A stretch of DNA of 64,000 bases from Phycisphaerales bacterium (lineage in GTDB: Bacteria > Planctomycetota > Phycisphaerae > Phycisphaerales > UBA1924). The notes under the pieces were generated by a model. The model was not told the origin of the DNA. It searched no databases and saw only the letters and a program-made list of their open reading frames with translations. Positions 26,741 to 36,148 of the stretch are shown in pieces (within the stretch, counting starts at the first letter, position 1; each line of letters begins with the position of its first letter). A program made the translations under genes and the position numbers. Location of the stretch: the NCBI GenBank assembly GCA_022843045.1, contig JALHOJ010000001.1, positions 55,585 to 119,584 of the forward strand, given 5' to 3'.

Positions 26741-27090
26741 TGGAGCCGGGGGGAATTGAACCCCCGTCCCGTGACAGTCAGCCCGCCGCTTCTACGCGTG
26801 TGTCGAGTGGTTTAATCTCGGTTCAGGGGACGCACGCTCGCAAGCTTCCCCTGGACCCAATCTGCAGCAATTTCTCGCGGTTTGACCCCTGAAGATCTCA
26901 GATCTCCGCCAGCCTGCTGTCGTCGAACCCCCGCCTAGCAGGCGTTGACGGGGGTTCGAGCCACCTTTATTAGGCAGCCAAAGCGTATTGACGCTCGTTG
27001 AACATTTTTTGCACGCTTTTAACGAAGTACACGTGCGCTTCGACGCGCGACGACGGACATCACATGCCCGGTCGAATCCAGTACGGCCCC
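26741..27090 (-). ncRNA. ssrA: tmRNA (SsrA)
   Basis: The 5' end is GGGGCCGTACTGGATTCGACCGGG and the 3' end is GGACGGGGGTTCAATTCCCCCCGGCTCCA. The acceptor stem has the G3:U70 alanine identity pair. The tag frame ends ...NERQYALAA followed by TAA TAA. Confidence 0.92.
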
Positions 27091-27361
27091 GGTTGAGAAA
27101 GATCGGTGAAGGGTATGCGGGCGGGGCCTGGATCGATGCTTTTGGACGCTTCCAAGGCGAATAACCCTGGGAATGTCCATCGGCGCGCTCGATTTTGACC
27201 CGCACGCATCCCGTCTGAGTCTTTTTGGCTTTTCGAGACGGGTGGTTTCGGGTACGCTGTGCACATCGGGAACTCGCAGACGAGCGCGGCGGGTGCGCTC
27301 GCGGGGCCCAGACTTCTCGGACATGCACGCGCGACGCTTCGCGCCAGACGGAGAATCGACT

Positions 27362-28171
27362 ATGAACCGGATGCATCAGACGATGGGCGGATGGAGCGCG
27401 GCGGTGCTGGCACTCGCGGCGGGCGGCGCGGGGCAGGCGTGGGCCGCGGAGTCGGTCACGATCTCGCTCACGGGCGTGCAGATTCGCAACGCGACCAGCC
27501 AATCACGGTCCAGCGCGCCGGAGACGATCGATCCCGCGAACAACTACACCGTGACGTACAGCCCCGACACGCGGGTGCGCGGGCGCGGCGAGGGCGGGTT
27601 TGCGATCTACATCCTGCCCACCCTGTTCCCGAATCCGGTGACGCTCGACCAGCTTGTGCAGACCCTCTCGGGCGATCCCGCCGCGGACTTTCCGGAAACC
27701 ACGCAAGCGGCCAACCCGCCCGCGACGCATCCGGCGGTCTTGATCAACGACGTGCTGAGCGGCACGGCGACCCAGTCGGGCGTGACGCTCACGTTCTCGG
27801 CGACGCTGAACGCGCAGATCGGTGCCGACAACGTCGCGTCGTTCAACATCACCGACGTGGTGCTGACGACGGGCAGCACTCTGATTCGCGCGGGATACCT
27901 GGAGTTCACCGCGGGCACGGTCACGATCACGCGCAACCCGATCGTCGGCCCGACCTGCGACTCAATCGACGTGAACAACGACGGGTCGCTCTTTGATCCC
28001 ACCGACGTCGACGCGTTCTTCAGCATCTTCAGCGAAGGGCCCTGCATCCCCGCGGGCGCGACCTGCAACGATGTGGACTTCAACAACGATGGCTCGCTGT
28101 TTGACCCTTGCGATGTGGACGCCTTCTTCCTGGTCTTCAGCGAAGGCCCGTGCACGCTCTGCGGCGTCTGA
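27362..28171 (+). CDS. secreted protein ending in the 71-aa Cys-rich double dockerin-like module
   Basis: GGAGA lies upstream of ATG 27362. Signal peptide ...GAGQAWA. N-terminal domain is unassigned. The C-terminal module is at 27956-28168. Confidence 0.8.
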   Translation: MNRMHQTMGGWSAAVLALAAGGAGQAWAAESVTISLTGVQIRNATSQSRSSAPETIDPANNYTVTYSPDTRVRGRGEGGFAIYILPTLFPNPVTLDQLVQTLSGDPAADFPETTQAANPPATHPAVLINDVLSGTATQSGVTLTFSATLNAQIGADNVASFNITDVVLTTGSTLIRAGYLEFTAGTVTITRNPIVGPTCDSIDVNNDGSLFDPTDVDAFFSIFSEGPCIPAGATCNDVDFNNDGSLFDPCDVDAFFLVFSEGPCTLCGV

Positions 28172-28238
28172 GCAAGAGCCGAGAAGCGCAAGCCCCCAGC
28201 AGTCTTCTTGAACTCTCGCAGGGCCGAAAGGCCGATCG

Positions 28239-28343
28239 CGGAGGCCACGAAGGAAGCAACGAGAAGCGCGGAGAAGTGATGGCTCGACTTGATCGGCCAA
28301 ACTTCTTCTCCTCTTCTTTGTTTAACTTGCCTCGCGGCCTCCG
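28239..28343. repeat. palindromic intergenic element, same family
   Basis: CGGAGGCCACGAAGGAAGCAACGAGAAGCGCGGAGAAG on the left. The bottom strand of the right arm reads CGGAGGCCGCGAGGCAAGTTAAACAAAGAAGAGGAGAAG. GCGGA ends at 28242 and 28272. Confidence 0.65.
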
Positions 28344-28405
28344 AGGTTGAATCTGGAGCCGCTCGTCGCTTGGCCGGCGGCTTACGCCGCTCGGTTCTTG
28401 GGAAG

Positions 28406-28492
28406 CGGTGCGAGGGGGATTCGAACCCCCGAGACCCTTGCGAGTCTATCCGATTTCAAGTCGGAGGCCTTCAGCCGCTCAGCCATCGCACC
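28406..28492 (-). tRNA. tRNA-Ser (anticodon UGA)
   Basis: Acceptor GGTGCGA/TCGCACC plus discriminator G. Anticodon arm TCCGA-CTTGAAA-TCGGA. Long variable arm. T-arm GGGGG-TTCGAAT-CCCCC. CCA is not encoded. Confidence 0.92.
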
Positions 28493-28616
28493 GGAGGATT
28501 GTAGAGCGAGCGAGCAAGCGAGCGAGGGATTGGATTGCCCGGAACCTGGATCCGTCTGCACGATTCCTCGCCTCTCCCACTCCGTCTCTCCATGCCTTCA
28601 TCCACTACCCTCCGCC

Positions 28617-29846
28617 ATGCCCAACGCATTTACGACCCGCACCGACGCGCTCTTTTCCCAGCTCCGCAAAGACGGCCTCTGGAAGGAACTCCAGACCATC
28701 GAAGGCCCGATGGACGCGGAGATCACGCTGATTCGCAATGGCAAGCCGCAGAAGGTGCTGTGCTTCTGCTCGAACAACTATTTGGGACTCGCGAATCACC
28801 CCGAAGTCGTCGAGGCTGGGCACAAGGCTCTTCGCGACTATGGCGCGGGCACGGCGAGCGTTCGCTTCATCTGTGGCACTTTCGGTCCGCACTGGGAGCT
28901 TGAGCAGCGCATCGCGCGATACATGGGCACGGAGGCGAGTTACTCGTTCGTCTCCGCATGGACGGCGAACGAAGCGGTGTTTCCCACGCTCTGCGAAGCG
29001 GGCGACATGATCATCAGCGATGAACTCAACCACGCGTGCATCATCGACGGCATCCGCCTTGCCACCACGATCAAGAAGGGTGTACACAAGGCGGTGTATG
29101 CGAACAACCGGCTGGAGGGCGAGAAGAGCTTGCGGGCCGCGCTGGAAGCGGCGCGGGCGAACAAGGACGTGACGGGCCAGATCTGGGTCATCACCGACGG
29201 CGTCTTCAGCATGGAAGGCTCGATCGCGGACCTGCCCGCGATGCGGAAACTCTGCGACGAGTTCAACGCGATGCTCGTCGTCGACGATAGCCACGGGCAC
29301 GGCGTGATGGGCAAGCTCGGCCGCGGAACGCATGAGCACTGGGGCATGGTGGATGGCGGCTCGCATCTTGGCCGTGTCGACCTCTTCACCGGCACGCTCG
29401 GCAAGGCCCTGGGCGGCGGCGCGGGCGGGTTTATAGCCGCGAGCCAGCAGGTGATCGACCTGATCATCCAGCGCGGGCGGCCGACGCTGTTCAGCAATGC
29501 GTTGCCGGTGACGATCGCCGCGAGCGCGAGCAAGGCGATTGAGATCACGCTGCGTGAGCCGCAACGCGTGCAGCGACTCAAGGACAACGTGCAGTATGCC
29601 AGGACCAAACTGAAGGCCGCGGGCTTTGACGTCCTGCCCAGCCCCACGGCGATCTGCCCCATCATCGTGCACGACACGGCGAAGGCCATCGCGATGAGCA
29701 AGCGGCTGCTGGACCTGGGCATCTTCGTGATCGGGTTTGGATACCCGGTGGTGCCCGAGGGGCACGCGAGGCTGCGGTGCCAGATCTCGGCGGCGCATAC
29801 GACGGGACATATTGATGCGTTGGTGGAGGCGTTGAGGAAGTTGTAG
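28617..29846 (+). CDS. kbl: 2-amino-3-ketobutyrate CoA ligase (glycine C-acetyltransferase)
   Basis: Blocks CSNNYLGLANHPEV, SVRFICGT, ISDELNHACIIDGIRL and VDDSHGHGVMG are typical of Kbl within the alpha-oxoamine synthases. The N-terminal extension of the track ORF overlaps tRNA-Ser and is rejected. Confidence 0.88.
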   Translation: MPNAFTTRTDALFSQLRKDGLWKELQTIEGPMDAEITLIRNGKPQKVLCFCSNNYLGLANHPEVVEAGHKALRDYGAGTASVRFICGTFGPHWELEQRIARYMGTEASYSFVSAWTANEAVFPTLCEAGDMIISDELNHACIIDGIRLATTIKKGVHKAVYANNRLEGEKSLRAALEAARANKDVTGQIWVITDGVFSMEGSIADLPAMRKLCDEFNAMLVVDDSHGHGVMGKLGRGTHEHWGMVDGGSHLGRVDLFTGTLGKALGGGAGGFIAASQQVIDLIIQRGRPTLFSNALPVTIAASASKAIEITLREPQRVQRLKDNVQYARTKLKAAGFDVLPSPTAICPIIVHDTAKAIAMSKRLLDLGIFVIGFGYPVVPEGHARLRCQISAAHTTGHIDALVEALRKL

Positions 29847-29855
29847 GCATGTGTT

Positions 29856-30362
29856 GTGAAGTTGATACCCAGCAGAGTGACTGAGTCGCCTCATAGTCCT
29901 GACAGTGGTGTCGCTTCACGACACGGGGAGCGGATCGTGAGCTCTGAGCCAAACGTCTGTCCTGCATGCGGGTACATCTTGCGGAACGCGCGAGAGCGAG
30001 AGTGTCCCTCCTGTGCCACAACCATTCCACGTGAAATCGTGCGCGCGGCGAGCATGCGTCGGGGTCCGCAATGGTGGATGGTTGTGCCGGGATGGGTGCT
30101 AACTACGGGCGGCTTGGCGATCTTCACGTTTCTTGTTTCGCTGCTTGCTCACGGTGACACGGCCTTCCTTTTGCGCGACACCGGCTTTCTGTCGATGGTT
30201 GGTATCACAGCAGCATTCACGATTGTCTGTATTGCCATGGTCATTGCGCGACGGCACTTCTGCCGCTTGCCCCTGGCATTGCGGTGGATTCTGCTTGTGG
30301 TCTCCTGGGCGATTCCGGCACTGCTCGGTGCGTGGATCATTGCGGCGAACGTGCGGAAGTAG
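29856..30362 (+). CDS. hypothetical membrane protein with N-terminal zinc-ribbon (CPACG...CPSC)
   Basis: 168-codon ORF starting at GTG, with about four hydrophobic segments. G+C and GC3 are visibly lower than in the neighbours. Confidence 0.5.
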   Translation: MKLIPSRVTESPHSPDSGVASRHGERIVSSEPNVCPACGYILRNARERECPSCATTIPREIVRAASMRRGPQWWMVVPGWVLTTGGLAIFTFLVSLLAHGDTAFLLRDTGFLSMVGITAAFTIVCIAMVIARRHFCRLPLALRWILLVVSWAIPALLGAWIIAANVRK

Positions 30363-30387
30363 GTCAATGGCAATCAGGTGGTCGCGC

Positions 30388-31005
30388 TCAATCCTCCGCA
30401 TCCTCCATATCCCCCAACCCCCGAAACGCCGCTTCGTAGCCCAGCAGCGCGTGCTCGCAGAGCGTGCTCGCCCCGATCAGCCCCGCGTCGCTGGTCACAT
30501 CCGCGGGCAACACCGCGAGCGGCGAGCGGAACGTGTACAGCTTGTCTTCGCTGCGGAAGTGCTGAAAGGGCAGAGCGGGGCCGTCGTAGCCGAGGTCGGT
30601 CATCTCTTCGTGCACGAGGTCGTCGATCTTGTCACCCGTGAACATCAGGTCGGCTTCGATGGACTGGCTGAGGTATCGCGCGCCGGTCTGGAGGCTCACC
30701 CACAGACAGACGCCGCCCGCGGGGTTCTTCGCATCGCGCAGGTCCGCGCGAATCGCGTAGAACGCGGGCTCGGCGCTGGCCTTGGCTTCGCAGCGGAGCA
30801 TGGGCAGGCCCGCAATACCGCCTCCCGCACCGCCGCCGGCGTTGCCTTCGCCTTGCACGCTTGGCCCGGCGCCGGGCGCGCCCGCTGTAACGAGCGACAC
30901 TTCACCAAACACGCCCGAACCCCTCGCGGCTTGCGCGATGCGCGTCAGAAGGGCCTCAAGACTCGCGGGACGAAAACCAACAGCAACTGCGGCGGACGAA
31001 CTCAT
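30388..31005 (-). CDS. hypothetical protein
   Basis: 205-codon ORF with host-like GC3 and an ATG start at 31005. The C-terminus is acidic. No family recognised. Confidence 0.55.
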   Translation of the reverse strand: MSSSAAVAVGFRPASLEALLTRIAQAARGSGVFGEVSLVTAGAPGAGPSVQGEGNAGGGAGGGIAGLPMLRCEAKASAEPAFYAIRADLRDAKNPAGGVCLWVSLQTGARYLSQSIEADLMFTGDKIDDLVHEEMTDLGYDGPALPFQHFRSEDKLYTFRSPLAVLPADVTSDAGLIGASTLCEHALLGYEAAFRGLGDMEDAED

Positions 31006-31064
31006 GCCCCATGATAAGAACCGAAGAGCGCGAGCCCTTGGCGGGGCGACAAGATCGCCGAAAA

Positions 31065-31176
31065 GATCGCGAAGGGGCGGAGGAAAAGCGGAGCAACGCG
31101 GAGAGAATGCAGGGGTCAGATTCTGACCCTGCGTTCTCTCTGCGTTTCTCCGCTTCTCTCCGCGGACTTCGCGATC
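31065..31176. repeat. near-perfect ~55-bp-arm palindrome, same family
   Basis: Top strand GATCGCGAAGGGGCGGAGGAAAAGCGGAGCAACGCGGAGAGAATGCAGGGGTCAGA. Bottom strand of the right arm GATCGCGAAGTCCGCGGAGAGAAGCGGAGAAACGCAGAGAGAACGCAGGGTCAGA. Confidence 0.85.
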
Positions 31177-31244
31177 GACCTTTCGAGCATGCCGTGGGAA
31201 TTGGTACTGTCAGACTTCCGCCGGCGGCTTGTGCCGCTCGGTGC

Positions 31245-34040
31245 TTAGTCGCCGCAGGGGGTGCAGGGGCCCTCGGCGAAGACGAGCAGGAAACTGGCAA
31301 TGTCGCAGGGGTCAAACAGCGATGCGTCGTTGTTGAAGTCAATGTCGTTGCAGGTCGCCGTGTCGGGGACGCACGGGCCTTCGGAGAAGACCGACAGGAA
31401 CGCCTCGATGTCCTGGGGATCAAAGAAGCCCGTGTCGTTGTTGAAGTCGATGGAGTCGCAGGAGGGGCCGGTGCTGACGGTCAGGGTCGCAGCACTGCTC
31501 GCGACGGGCGAGCCGCATAGGGCGGTGACGACGCAGCGGTAGTCGCCCGCATCGGCGGTGCTCACGTTGTTGATCGTGAGCGTGGCGGTGCCCAGCCCGG
31601 CGAACTGCGGGTTGCTGGGCAGGTTGACGTTGTTGCGTTGCCACTGATAGGCAAGATTGGTGCCGGTTGCGACGACGGTGAAGCTCGCCGATGCGCCTTG
31701 GCCGACGGTCTGTGGGGCGGGGCTGCCGGTGATAGCTGCGGCGCTGGCTCGTTGGCCCGGGTTGGTGCCGCTCTGGCCACCACCCGTGGCGCACGCCGCG
31801 CCTTGCGTACGCACGGCGTAGTTGTATTGCTGTCCTGGCAGCGCGGTGGTGTCGTCATATTGCGTGAGTCCGGGCGCGACGACGCTGGCGATCTGGGCGA
31901 GCGAGCCGCCCGGCGTGCCGCGCAGGATGCGGTAGGTCTGCGCGCCTTCAACCGCGTCCCAGGTGACGCGGACAAACCCGCAATCGCTGGCGTCGCTGGC
32001 GAGGACGTTCTGGGGCGCGGGGCAGGAGATGAAGAAGTTGGCGTTGCTCGCGTCGAAGAAGACGTTGTTCACGGCTTCGACGCGGATGCGACCTTCGCCG
32101 GTGGTGACGTTGCTGGGCAGCGTGACGCTCTGGCTGCCGTCGTTGGGCGTGCTCGCGGCGAGCACATAGGGCCAGGTGTCGCCGCCGTCGATGGAGAGCA
32201 GGATGCGAACGTTGGCGGTGTTCACGGGCGACGCGGTGGTGTTGGCGACGTTCCACGTCACGGTCTGCACGCTGCCCGGGGCGAAGGTGCCGCCCGTGTT
32301 GAAGCTCGTGAGCGTGAAGGGCCCCGCGGTTGCGACGATGTTGTAGTTGACGTCCGCCCAGCGGACCGCGCCAAAGCCGGCGCGATTGTCGCGGACCATG
32401 AGGCGCAGCGTGAGCGTGCGCGCGACGCTTGGATAGATCTCGCCAAAGCTCAGGCCGCCGTCGAGCACGTCCTGCAGGCGCGGGAAGGTGCGGGTGGGGC
32501 TCGTGACGGGCGCGAAGACGCGGAAGATGGGGCTGGCACCGTTGTCGCCGCTGCCCGCGCCGGAGAGGGGCTGGGCGGCGCCGAGGTTTCGCTGTTCCCA
32601 GCTGTACGTCAGCGAGTCGCCATCGGCGTCGGTCGCGCTGGCGGTGGCGGTAAAGGCAGTGCCGACGGGAATCGAGAAGGATGTGAGCGCGGCGATGTTG
32701 GGGAGGTTGTTGCCCGTGCTGCTCGTCGTCGCGCAGGTGGTACCCGTCAGGCGACCGACAATCTGGGCGTACGAGCCCTGGTTGTACATGGGCTCGAAGG
32801 GATCGGTGTTGTTGTTTGGGCCGCAGAGGCCTTGGTAGCTCATGATCGTCACGCCGCTGCCCGGCTCGTACGCGCTGGTCGAGGAGCGGTTGGGCAGACA
32901 GACGTTGCCGTCGGCGGAGTCGTCGGCGTTGAAGGCGTGGCCCGCGCCGAACTGGTGACCCAGTTCGTGCGCGACGATCTGGGCGGTGAAGGGATCGGAG
33001 ACGGGCGGAAAGCGGCCCGAGCCGCCACGCGACTTGCTGGTGTTCACACAGTTGACGTTGAGTTGCGCCAGGCCGCCCAGGTTCAGGCCCGAGACCACGT
33101 GCCCGACGTCGTAGTTCGCGCTGCCGATGACGCTGTTGATGTTGGTCTGGTTCTCGTTGATCATCGAGCTCAGCGTGCCATCCGTGTACGGACCAGGGTT
33201 GGCGGTGGTATAGATGAGGTTCTGGTTGTTGGCGACGAGTTGGAATCGCGTCGCGAAGTCGCGCTCCCAGATCTGGTTCAGGCGATTGACGACGGTCACG
33301 ATCGCCGCCTGCGCCCCCGCGACGGTGCCGCCGTGGTAGCTGGTGAACGACGCCGTCGCCGCCATCGCAAGGTCGTACCGACGCAGCGTGCCGCCCGTCT
33401 GGCGATCTTCAAAGGGATTCTCGACAACCGGCTCGGGCTGCTCCACGACATGGCAGACCCAGGGCGTGCGGGCGAGGCGCTCGATGTCGTACACCGCGTA
33501 ATGCACGGTGTCTCCGAAGGTGGTCGGATCGATCGCGAAGTTGCCCGCGGCGCCCAGCACCTGGGCGTGGAAGCCCGCGGGCGTGTAGTCGAGGCGCACG
33601 GTTGCGGTCGGATCTGTCAGGCCCTGACCCACAAACGTCTTGATCGCTGCGCCCATCGCGAGCATGTCGGCTTCGAGCTGCGGGTGCATCACGGGCGATT
33701 CGACGATCTCAAAGTGAGCCAGTTCGCCCGTGGGCGTGGGCAGCGACAGCACCAGCGGCGGGCGACCCAAGCCTGTGGTGAACTCCAGCGGCGCACCGGC
33801 GAGGAATTGACGCATTGAGGCGAGGTCGAGCGCGTAGGTCCGATAGACCTGCGGACGCACCCACTCGCGACCCGCGGCGGACTCGGGCGGGAGCGCTGCC
33901 AGAGAGGTCCAGAACGTTTCGCCCGCGAAGTTGGGGGCCTGCACCATGGAGGGCGGCTGCGCGAGCGCGGGGCGGCCAGCGCACACCAATTCAAAGCAGG
34001 CGGCGAGCAACACGAAACGCAAAGCGCGAGGACGGGGCAT
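31245..34040 (-). CDS. secreted metzincin (reprolysin/M12B-like) zinc metalloprotease with Ig-like domains and the C-terminal double dockerin-like module
   Basis: Signal peptide after ATG 34040. Zinc site HELGHQFGAGH. I-set-like Ig domain (...ADAGDYRCVV...). The C-terminal module is at 31248-31460. Confidence 0.88.
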   Translation of the reverse strand: MPRPRALRFVLLAACFELVCAGRPALAQPPSMVQAPNFAGETFWTSLAALPPESAAGREWVRPQVYRTYALDLASMRQFLAGAPLEFTTGLGRPPLVLSLPTPTGELAHFEIVESPVMHPQLEADMLAMGAAIKTFVGQGLTDPTATVRLDYTPAGFHAQVLGAAGNFAIDPTTFGDTVHYAVYDIERLARTPWVCHVVEQPEPVVENPFEDRQTGGTLRRYDLAMAATASFTSYHGGTVAGAQAAIVTVVNRLNQIWERDFATRFQLVANNQNLIYTTANPGPYTDGTLSSMINENQTNINSVIGSANYDVGHVVSGLNLGGLAQLNVNCVNTSKSRGGSGRFPPVSDPFTAQIVAHELGHQFGAGHAFNADDSADGNVCLPNRSSTSAYEPGSGVTIMSYQGLCGPNNNTDPFEPMYNQGSYAQIVGRLTGTTCATTSSTGNNLPNIAALTSFSIPVGTAFTATASATDADGDSLTYSWEQRNLGAAQPLSGAGSGDNGASPIFRVFAPVTSPTRTFPRLQDVLDGGLSFGEIYPSVARTLTLRLMVRDNRAGFGAVRWADVNYNIVATAGPFTLTSFNTGGTFAPGSVQTVTWNVANTTASPVNTANVRILLSIDGGDTWPYVLAASTPNDGSQSVTLPSNVTTGEGRIRVEAVNNVFFDASNANFFISCPAPQNVLASDASDCGFVRVTWDAVEGAQTYRILRGTPGGSLAQIASVVAPGLTQYDDTTALPGQQYNYAVRTQGAACATGGGQSGTNPGQRASAAAITGSPAPQTVGQGASASFTVVATGTNLAYQWQRNNVNLPSNPQFAGLGTATLTINNVSTADAGDYRCVVTALCGSPVASSAATLTVSTGPSCDSIDFNNDTGFFDPQDIEAFLSVFSEGPCVPDTATCNDIDFNNDASLFDPCDIASFLLVFAEGPCTPCGD

Positions 34041-34235
34041 GCGACGCTCCGAAAGTGGGCCGAAAGCGGGAGGAAACACATCAATACTCAGAACGTGGGG
34101 CATCGCCCGCGGGGAAACGGGCGCGAACTGCTCCAACGGACCCTTCGGCCCTTGATTGCTGGAGGTTGCAGCAAATATCGGGACTTTGGGAACCCGGGTG
34201 CAGTTCAGTCCCAGTTCAGTGCTTGTCGTGGAAAC

Positions 34236-35486
<1,251 letters not shown>

Positions 35487-36148
35487 GCACAAACTCCACG
35501 CGAGCGCGACTGCGCCCGCCATTCTCGCTACCGCGCACGAGCAACCGCCCGACGCGCGCGACAATCTCATGATGTCCAACCCCCCCAGCACCAACCGCAG
35601 ACCCCGCCCCCCGCCCCCACCCCGCCCGGTCCAATCTCGCTACCAGGTCCTGCGTGAGAGTGGCTCGCAAATGTGAACGACGAATGCTCGGACCAGGTCG
35701 CAGCACTTGCGCGTTGTGGCACGCGGATGCGTCGCGACAGATCAGTCATCGACAGGACTTGCCAAACCTCTGGCAGAATCGGCCAGTTCGCGCCCCTGGA
35801 AGGTCTTTCGGGTCAGGCGAACTTGCGTTGCAGGACAGTGTACGACATTTCCTGGGTCCAACGCAAGGGCGAGGTTGAGCGGATTCTCGTACAATCCGAT
35901 ACCACGTCCTGAAACGCTGGCTCCGCAGCCGGAAAAGAAACGCTCTCGTGCCCGAACGCAAGTCCTCCCAGCCAAACTCGTCGCCGCAGCCGCCTTCGCA
36001 GGCAGGCTCCGGTGCGCCTCAGCCCCCGCGAACGAGCGGATCGGCCGGCGATGGAAAGGGCAAGATCAAGGGCGCAGCGCCCGCGCCGAGCGCGAATGCA
36101 AGCGATTCCGTCAGCAACCCGGTGACGCACGCTGCTCCCGCACAACAG

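Noticed and set aside
26792-27502. 236-codon bottom-strand ORF
   Set aside because: It covers the tmRNA gene (26741-27090), and its peptide is Arg-rich and unprotein-like. It is an artefact of the stable-RNA locus.
26741-28492. Genomic island or prophage integrated at tmRNA or tRNA-Ser
   Set aside because: Only one ordinary-composition exoprotein gene lies between the two RNA genes. I saw no integrase, no phage genes and no duplicated tRNA or tmRNA 3'-end fragment (att-like direct repeat).
28347-28616. N-terminal 90-codon extension of the kbl ORF
   Set aside because: It runs across tRNA-Ser on the opposite strand and has no similarity to Kbl. Homology starts at ATG 28617.
35948-36148. 67-aa Pro/Ser/Ala-rich N-terminal extension of PtsI starting at GTG 35948
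   Set aside because: The low-complexity sequence has weaker GC3 bias than the body of the gene, and a normal-length enzyme I starts at ATG 36149. The extension cannot be excluded, because low-complexity extensions are common in this window.
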